Part shown: positions 56,301-64,000 of the stretch, piece after piece
Position numbering within the stretch: the stretch's first letter is position 1
How the letters are laid out: every line of letters begins with the position of its first letter
Source of the DNA: Euglena gracilis
Taxonomy: Eukaryota
Reading direction: 5' to 3'
NCBI GenBank assembly: GCA_039621445.1
Contig: CP154954.1
Coordinates: 47,409,847-47,473,846 of the forward strand
Length of the DNA: 64,000 nucleotides
Program-made: the position numbers and the translations under genes
The notes under the pieces: model-generated
The model's input: the letters and a program-made list of their open reading frames with translations, nothing else
Database searches by the model: none
What the model was told of the DNA's origin: nothing

Positions 56301-57589
56301 TTATGAAACCACTCTTTTTTTGAACGTTCTCGGTCCAGTGTGAAGGAAGTCTTTTTTTAAATAAAATTCAAGATTGAGCCTGACAAATTCCACAAGGCAC
56401 CGAACTTGCAACCATCAATTCATCATATATGCTAATTCCCATGATCCAAATAGCGCAAAATAGCGCCCTGATATCTGTGAACAGGTAGAGAAAACTGCCC
56501 ACAAATATTTGGGTGGCACATCTTGTGCTCAGGCATTTTTTGGTTGGTGTGCGCATTTTTCACAGTTCAACAAAAATTTTGATTTGGGTACTGCCTTTAC
56601 AAGGGGTGAGAGCGAGAAGGCAGGATTGGATAAAATGCAAACGAATTATTTATATATGTATGTATACATATATGTATAATATAATATAAATGTATAATTA
56701 TATATACATGTATTTGTTTTTGGCCTCGGTTTTCCTGGGAATTCTGTGTTTTTTTTTGCTGTTTTGTGGTTGGAATGACACAAAAACCCCTGGTCTCATC
56801 TCCCCAAAGTGAAAAATCACTGACAAAAACACCAAAATCCAGGTAACCGCCACTCCCCCTCAACTGCCCAGCATCCTAGATACATCCCAGTCAAAAGAGT
56901 CACAAAAAGAGCATACAAAAATGACATTTTCTGGACCCACTCTCGTGTCTTTTGAAAGAAGGTCAAATTGCAATTAGGGCAGGATCGGCAACACCAAGGT
57001 TTCAAGGGGAATGCCATCTTGGAAGTTGTAATTTTGGAAAGGTTGGTTTTTGTTTATTGTTTTATCACCGCCCCCCTGATTGAAATTTTGTGGTTCAAAC
57101 CAAGGGGGAGGGCAGAGGAGGGGGAGGAGAAACACGTTTCGCATTTTTTTTATATTTTTTTGTGCATTTTTCCCCTCAAATTTTCCAAAAATCCACAGTT
57201 TTTGCATGTTTTTTTACTTTATTTTTTTCAGCGCATTTTTTTGCGTTTTTTGTTGCATTGTACATGATTTACCCAATTTTTTTTTCGCTTTTTTTTTACC
57301 ATTTTTGCAGTTTGTTGCATTTTTTTTTGAAATTTTTTATTTTTTTTTGAAACTGACATTTTCCGGATAAACCCATCATCCAATTGTTGTGAATTTGGTG
57401 CCACTTTTTCATTTTTTTTTCCAGCAGTTTTTGCATTTGCATGATTTTTCCGCTTTTTCTCTCTCGGATTTTGAACATTTTTGCACATTTTAAAAAAATG
57501 CGCCATTTTTGTGCTTTTTTTGCATTTCTTTGCACATTTTTTTCGATGCCCTCCCCATGGGGAGGGCATGTGGGCAAAACAATACAGTC

Positions 57590-58305
57590 ACAAACAAACA
57601 ACCATCCCTTATTGGGGCTTTCGTCCTGCAGAGTCCACGGGTCGTTGACATCGTTGAAGCAAAGGTGCAAGCATGCCTCAAGGAGCGACGGGAGCAAGGT
57701 CCACCGAGACTGGCACCACACGAGCTCCGCCATGCAGAGCACAATGGCGTCATCCCACGAGTCCTCCCACTTCTCTGCCACGAACTCATGACGTGCTCCG
57801 ATTTCTTTCTCAGGTCTCCTGTCATGCCCCCCCCCCCCAAGCCGTTTAAGCATATGGTGTCATTGACGTCATCCACTTTCAAAAACAATTGCCCTGAGCT
57901 TTCAACCTGAAATCCTTGGAGGGAAAGGTGGCATTGGTTTTTCAAGGTGACCATTTTGGCAACATTGCCAGCAATCTTAGCCGTTTTCGGACCATCTCAC
58001 CAATGCCTGTTGTGTCACTTGGGGGGCCTCAGGGGAGGTTGGCACTTTGCTGTGGCCTTTAACTTGCCGGTCAGGTTTTTGACGGAGAGGTGTTTATGCG
58101 ACATTTCATCCATTCCCCTGCAGGCTCAATCTCCATGCTTTTATGGAGCAATTTGAGGACCTGCAATATGCCTCCATCACCCTCCACGACGCCAAGGAAC
58201 TGCTCATTGTCTTTCTCTTCCTCATCAATGGTCCGCAGCAGCAGTGGCTTGAAATAATAGTGCAACTGTTTGATCTTTGAAATCAATAATATGAATGCAA
58301 GCATT
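57590..58305 (-). pseudogene. Possible degraded transposase fragment
   Basis: Coding-like fragments (ELVWCQSRWTLLPSLL, HYYFKPLLLRTIDEEE). The SRW stretch recalls the hAT TRW motif. Weak. Confidence 0.25.
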
Positions 58306-61300
58306 CAAAATTTGGACTCCCTTTGATTAAAAGCTTCCACAAATTTCCCATATGGTCACAATATTTGGGATCGGGAGCTGAGTCACATTCGAAAAGGTTT
58401 CCATTATTTTTTTGGAGAAATTTGAAATTACACCTGATGCCCGTCTTTTCTGCATTTTACGCCAAGTTCTGGGCATTTTGTGTCAAAAATGTTTGCACCT
58501 GACACCAATTTGTTTGCAATTTATCTCCAAAATGTCTGCACATTATACCAAACATATTTGCACCTTTTCCGGAAAATTTGGATTGGGTGCGTTGCACAGT
58601 TGCTCTTTTCTATTCAATCACGCCAGAGCCCCAGAAATCAAGAGAGAGGCATCTGCACAAGATTGACCAAGGAGAAGTGGAATGGCTTTCTGCACCATCT
58701 GGGGAATATTCACTGGGGAAGAAATGGATTGACGGTCATTGGTGAACGTGAGGCTGTTTGTCATTGAGCAATAATGAGAAATTAAAAATACAAACAGACA
58801 GAGTGCAATTTTTTTTCAACAAGTGCAGATATTTTTGGAGCACAGTGCAAAAATTTTGCCAGCTGTGGGCAGTGTATTTGAACCAGCAATCAATCAAAAC
58901 ATGCAAGGTCAAAAACACAAAAATGCGTTTGTGTTTCCTTCCCTTGTGTGGATGGTGCAAAAAGAATTATGAACTGCTGAATCTTTTTGACCAATTCATT
59001 TACACTTTGCTAGCAAATTTTTTTGACCAAATGTGTCAGAGTTTTCGTCCACAGCCTTCAGACCATTGTATTTTTTTTGGGTGAACAGCATTCAAGATGA
59101 CCCAGAATTAGGCCAAAATGGTTGAAATTGGCCAAAAAAACAACCAAAAATTGGCAAAACGAACAAAAACTGGCCAAAAATTTTTAAGAGTACTTGAAAA
59201 TGGGCTAATAATGCAGCCAACAATGAACGTGACCTTGATGATTAAATGAGGAATTAACTTCAACAGTGCAAGAATGTGGATGACCTCATTTTCTTGTGAG
59301 ACACACATACACGCGGTTTGCTGACGGCTGGCTGACGGCATGCTCCCCCTAAAAGGAATTTGGAAGCCCTCAGGGGGGGGGCAGAGCCAAAACCTCCGAA
59401 AGTCGCTTTGAAACAATGCTTCATTCACCCCCTGGCGGGGGGGGGGGTTGGAGAGGAATTTATGTGTGTGCATCCGTGACTTTCGTTCACTGGTTTCAAG
59501 CAAATGGCGATTTGGTTACCCCCAATTAATACAATCCCTGCTACAAGTCAAAAAGATCAGCACCATATGGTCTCTAACTCCATGCAAAAAAAAAACAAAC
59601 TTGCTGACTGTTTTTGAAAGTGCAAAGTCGCGCCCGTGCACAACATGCTCAGTATTTTTAAGGCGTAAATCTCAAAATTATGTTTTTAATGTTTATTACG
59701 GCTTTTTTGAATTTTTTTAAAAAAATTTAAAGCCATTTCCCAATTTTTAAAGCATCCATTTTCCAAAGGAAGTCCCAGGGTCATCCCAGTATCGAGCAGG
59801 TCCAATATTAAAAAAGAAAAGCCGAAATACCCATTTTTTGGATAGACAATGATGTTCCAGTGATGCCAGAAATCATTTTTTCCTGAGTTGGCTTGTTTTT
59901 GCCAAGATTCTGTGACTTCATTTTTGGCTTGGATTTCAAAAAATTCCCAAAATGTTTTTTAAATACCTATTTTACGGTATATTAGGGGTTTTCAAGACAT
60001 TTAGGCCCTTTTGAGGCGTTTTTTATAATGTTTTTAAAGTTATTTTTAAGTCGCCTTAAAAATACACACCCCCTGTCGACATGCAATGCAGTCCCCGGCA
60101 CAATTATACGTTGCATACTACAATGTTTATTTTATGCAGTGATGAGGATGATGACCAGCGTTTCTGTTGCAAACAAGCCTGTCCTGTGAACCGCCCCGAA
60201 GCAAAGCAGGCGCAGCCCTCTCCACCCTGGCGTTCCGCTGCCTTTGCCGTCTTTTTGCCACGCCACATCTGCACCACAGCCATACTTCCCTTTAATGTTC
60301 TGCAGACCCCCCGGGGGGGGGGGGGGCTGTAGCAGCTGGCCTCAATTTTGGCCCAGCCCAGTCGCAGCAACCCCAGGAGTTGGTGCTGGCGCGGCTGGCC
60401 AGCTTTTTTTTTTTTTGCTGTCTCTGGCTGAAAGTGTTCAAAATGGCCAAAATGGTGTTTTTGGGGCTGTTGTGGCGCGTTTTTGACAGTTGCCAGATGC
60501 TCATTTTTTTCAACGCTGTGTTTTGCAGGTCATTTTTGGGGGCAGTTGTCTGATTTTGGCTCAGCCCGGCCCAGCTCAGGTGCAGCTGTGGTCCAGCCCC
60601 CCCCCCCCCCCGGCAAAAAAATTTTTAGCCCTAACCCAGCAACCCCCCAGTCCTTAAACAGATGTATGACCACAGCCTCTTCGTTGCGGCGCTTCAAGGC
60701 CTGTGTGTCACATTCCACCAAACCCAGGAGGTGTGCTTTAACCTCCAGGAGGTGCAGAGCAACTGAAAATCCTGTTAAAACTTCCATACAGCATTGCTGA
60801 GACAGTCAATGCACAACTGCACCGCGGGGTGCCTCATATACGAGTTTGATATGCACATGCATATTTATAATATGTGTTAAATAAATGACGGTTGATGCAA
60901 ATAATAAGTTATTTTGGGATCAGGGGTCCCCCTCAGGGACCCCAATTATTTTTCTTCCCCAGCGCGTTGCGCCAGGAATTTATGGTTTTTTTGCACTATT
61001 GTTTTGGTGATTTGCAAAAATAATTGCAGAATATCTCAGAACTTTCAAATAGGGGAAGTTGGCGAAAATCTGAAATTTCCTCCAAAAACACACCGGTTTT
61101 AAAATCAGAATTTGTCAAAAATATTTAATAATCATTCATTTTTGGCTGTACAGTTTTTCGGTTTTCCACATCCAAGCCCCCGACCGGCCCTTGACCACAC
61201 TTTTGGCCTGTAGGTGGTCTTTAAGGGAAGGAAGGGTCTAACAAAGAAGTCTGGTCTGGGGCCTGTGGAAGAGAATACATTAAGCCGTCATCCAGCCTGG

Positions 61301-62611
61301 AAAAGTATTAGTTTGTACACCCAAATATGGATTTTTCACCATATATTGATGATCAACACCTTCATTTCTATTTGAAAGAAATTGTGCCCAAGGTTGTAGT
61401 TTGATACCTGATATTGATTGGGCCTGATTGGATCAAAAGCTTCTCTCTAGTACGGGGGGCAATTATCTTTGTTGGGCACTGGTTTTTTTTTTAAAAAAAA
61501 AGTCTACAGACTGGATGTAACCTTCTCTTGGGTAGAACTTCCAATTTGAAAAATGGCTTAAAAATTCGTTTTTGTGTTTGCATGGCAGTACACACACATC
61601 TGTGATGTGGTAACATGTAAAATAACATATTGAAGATTATATGGTATATGCAATTGTCAGTCGCATGTCAAAACACCATTGCAGGGCGGAAGTGCAAATA
61701 TAAACACCTCAAATCAACTCATGCCCTGGTGCTGTCTTATTTCACCCGTTTTCCCCACTCCCAGGAATTTTACAAACGACCGCCGGATCTCCACCCACGT
61801 AAGGTGCTGAAGGAGCGCCTTGGAGTGTTGCAGAATCCCAATCCTCCTCCGCCGCCCAAGCCCCGACAGGTTTAACTTTCACTCTTTTGGATACATGTGG
61901 AGCAAATGCGAGGAAACCCCTCCTTTCAATAGTATCATGTTTAATTATTATCATCATTATCATTTTTTAAAGAGCAAGGATAAAAAGACCCAAAATTCTT
62001 AGACCCCCTCAACCACAATCAGGGACAGTAAGAAACACATCAAAATGTCAAATTTATTTTAATTTGATTTAATTAGAATTTAATTTTTGGGAAAGCCTAT
62101 TCTGGAAGTCATGCAAATTCTCAATCAGGCCTCATTTAGTACGTTGCGGGAATTGTCGAAGGGAATTTTTTTGTGTTTCTGCGCGAACCAGCAAGGCATT
62201 TCTTTCTGAAATTTTTCTGGAGCCCACGTTGGTCAAAAAAAATACCCCACTATCCCCCTGGAGCTTTCCAACAACAGAACAAGAAAAAGCAAGACCCCTG
62301 CCTCATTCTGGGGGGTAGATTCAATGAGAACCCAAACCCATTTACCAACCCAAACCCATCACCACCGATTTTTTTTTGTGCATCATGAAATTTTCTTCTG
62401 TGGAGGTTGTGTTAGGTTGGCTGGATCGAAACCTTGTGCTGAAGCTGTCACCCTGTAGGGGGGTCATTGTCCCTCTGGCAGCCTTTTAGCAACGTTACAT
62501 TATGAAACATTTTTCGGCTGTGGAAATGTGTTTCAAGGTTTTAAAAAAAACATTTCCATGTATACACCTATTGTACATAATATATATATTTCAGCCCTTG
62601 GCTGGAAGATA

Positions 62612-63468
62612 CAGTCAGTTCAAAAAGTCATGACCCAAGCTGGTTCAAAAAGTCATGACTCCTGAAAATTTCAAAAAAAATTTGTTCTCTTCCTTGCTAG
62701 ACCCCTATGTCAGGCAATGGGTTGGCAGTGGTGGAGGAGGTACCTGGATGCTCTGTGTGTGCCACCCTGCAGACTGCACCCCTGCACTGCTGCGCTGTGC
62801 ACGCCCGTGAGCTCCTTTTGACGCTGTGCCAGCACTCAGTGTTCTCCTCAAAATGCCAGAATCGCTCAGTGCAGCACATATGGGGATACACCGCAACCAA
62901 GGTTCTGGTCAGCTCGGCGGTGGTCTCAAAATTGTGAGGAGGCACAGGCGGTCGAATTTATCGCCACAGTTCGCAGGATCCGATTATGGTTTGGTTCGGT
63001 TTGATTCGGTTTGTATTTATGGCTATGGTCCTTGGGTCGGGGGTTGTGATGATAACAGATGGGGAAGTTTGATGGATTTTTTTGCTTATTTTTGGTGCAC
63101 GGCGATAAATTTGGCGATAAATTCGACCGCCTGTGCCTCCTCACAATTTTGAGACCACCGCCGAGCTGACCAGAACCTTGGTTGCGGTGTATCCCCATAT
63201 GTGCTGCACCGAGCGATTCTGGCATTTTGAGGAGAACACTGAGTGCTTGGCACAGCGTCAAAAGGAGCTCACGGGCGTGCAGCAGCGCAGCAGTGCAGGG
63301 GTGCAGTCTGCAGGGTGGCACACACAGAGCATCCAGGTACCTCCTCCACCACTGCCAACCCATTGCCTGACATAGGGGTCTAGCAAGGAAGAGAACAAAA
63401 TTTTTTTGAAATTTTCAGGAGTCATGACTTTTTGAACCAGCTTGGGTCAGGACTTTTTGAACTGACTG
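62612..63468. mobile_element. Non-autonomous Tc1/mariner-like element with ~355-bp TIRs
   Basis: TA-CAGTCAG...CTGACTG-TA ends. Arms 62612-62966 and 63112-63468 are near-perfect inverted copies. Internal direct repeat GTTCAAAAAGTCATGAC. Confidence 0.9.
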
Positions 63469-63535
63469 TATATTATGTACAATGTGGATACATGTCATGT
63501 TCAAGTTGAGGGTGCACCGAATTGTGTTTTGCCTC

Positions 63536-63716
63536 AGAGTTAGAGTCAGGGTTAGGGTTTTGGTTATTGTAAGGATTAGGGTTAGGGTCAGGTGTTTTCG
63601 GCCAAAATTTGCCCTGGGTTTAGGCTAAAGTCAGGCTTAAAGTTGGGCCTAAATTTGGGCTTAACTTGGTCCAAAAACTGCCTCAGAACGGAAATGTGAA
63701 TCCTAACCCTAACCCT
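63536..63716. repeat. Degenerate TTAGGG-like repeats in both orientations
   Basis: GGGTTAGGG at ~63549 and ~63579, CCTAACCCTAACCC at ~63702. Confidence 0.5.
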
Positions 63717-63834
63717 TGATGGTGAAAACGGCGAAGCTGACACCCACCAATGTGCTCATACAAGTGGGACCCACCCCAGGTCATACCACTGGGACCCCCC
63801 TCCCCCCGCTGGGAGGTCCCACAGGTTGCCATAT

Positions 63835-64000
63835 ATATTGTATTATATAAACATGTACATTATATTACATATACATGGATGGATATTGATCTGGATGTAT
63901 GATATAGATGCGTCTATAAAATCCTCATAAATTATTTATGTATATATGGTATATGTTTATGTATATGTACATGTATATGTATATGTATATGTATATGTAC
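63835..64000. repeat. (TA)-rich / (ATATGT)n simple repeat
   Basis: Read directly. Confidence 0.85.

Noticed and set aside
63536-63716. True telomere
   Set aside because: Only a few degenerate TTAGGG units in both orientations, with non-telomeric sequence continuing beyond.
40600-64000. Many 60-220 aa ORFs in the host region
   Set aside because: Built from homopolymer runs and TE repeats, with no codon bias or recognisable domains. Short exons cannot be excluded.

Overview
The window has two very different halves. Positions 1 to ~40,300 hold two near-identical, directly repeated copies (offset ~21.34 kb) of a GC-rich, intron-poor, gene-dense element that reads as an endogenous Polinton-like virus (PLV) in a eukaryotic, probably protist, genome. 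It encodes a double-jelly-roll-type major capsid protein, a putative penton, an A32/FtsK-type packaging ATPase, two fibre-like proteins (one with a C1q/TNF-like tip) and two small membrane proteins. It also encodes a ~1,250-aa low-complexity protein, a frameshifted F-box protein and a ~1,580-codon replicase with the order N-terminal/OTU-like protease, pPolB palm, SF1B helicase, Zn finger. Copy 1 runs off the left edge and is cut inside the replicase at 15,717 by a palindromic 22-bp minisatellite. Copy 2 (~16.9-40.3 kb) looks complete in gene content, but I saw no integrase and no terminal inverted repeats. Nearly every structural-module gene is preceded by the motif GTTGGATC, whereas the replicase and F-box genes are preceded by pyrimidine tract + AG acceptor-like sites, which suggests two expression programmes. 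A degenerate tRNA-Asp(GTC)-like cloverleaf lies near the left end of copy 2. From ~40,300 to 64,000 the sequence is AT-richer host DNA with no convincing genes, packed with nested non-autonomous DNA transposons (Tc1/mariner-like and hAT-like, TSDs visible) and simple repeats. Many frameshifts fall in homopolymers and may be sequencing errors. All family assignments come from motifs read by eye, not from database searches.
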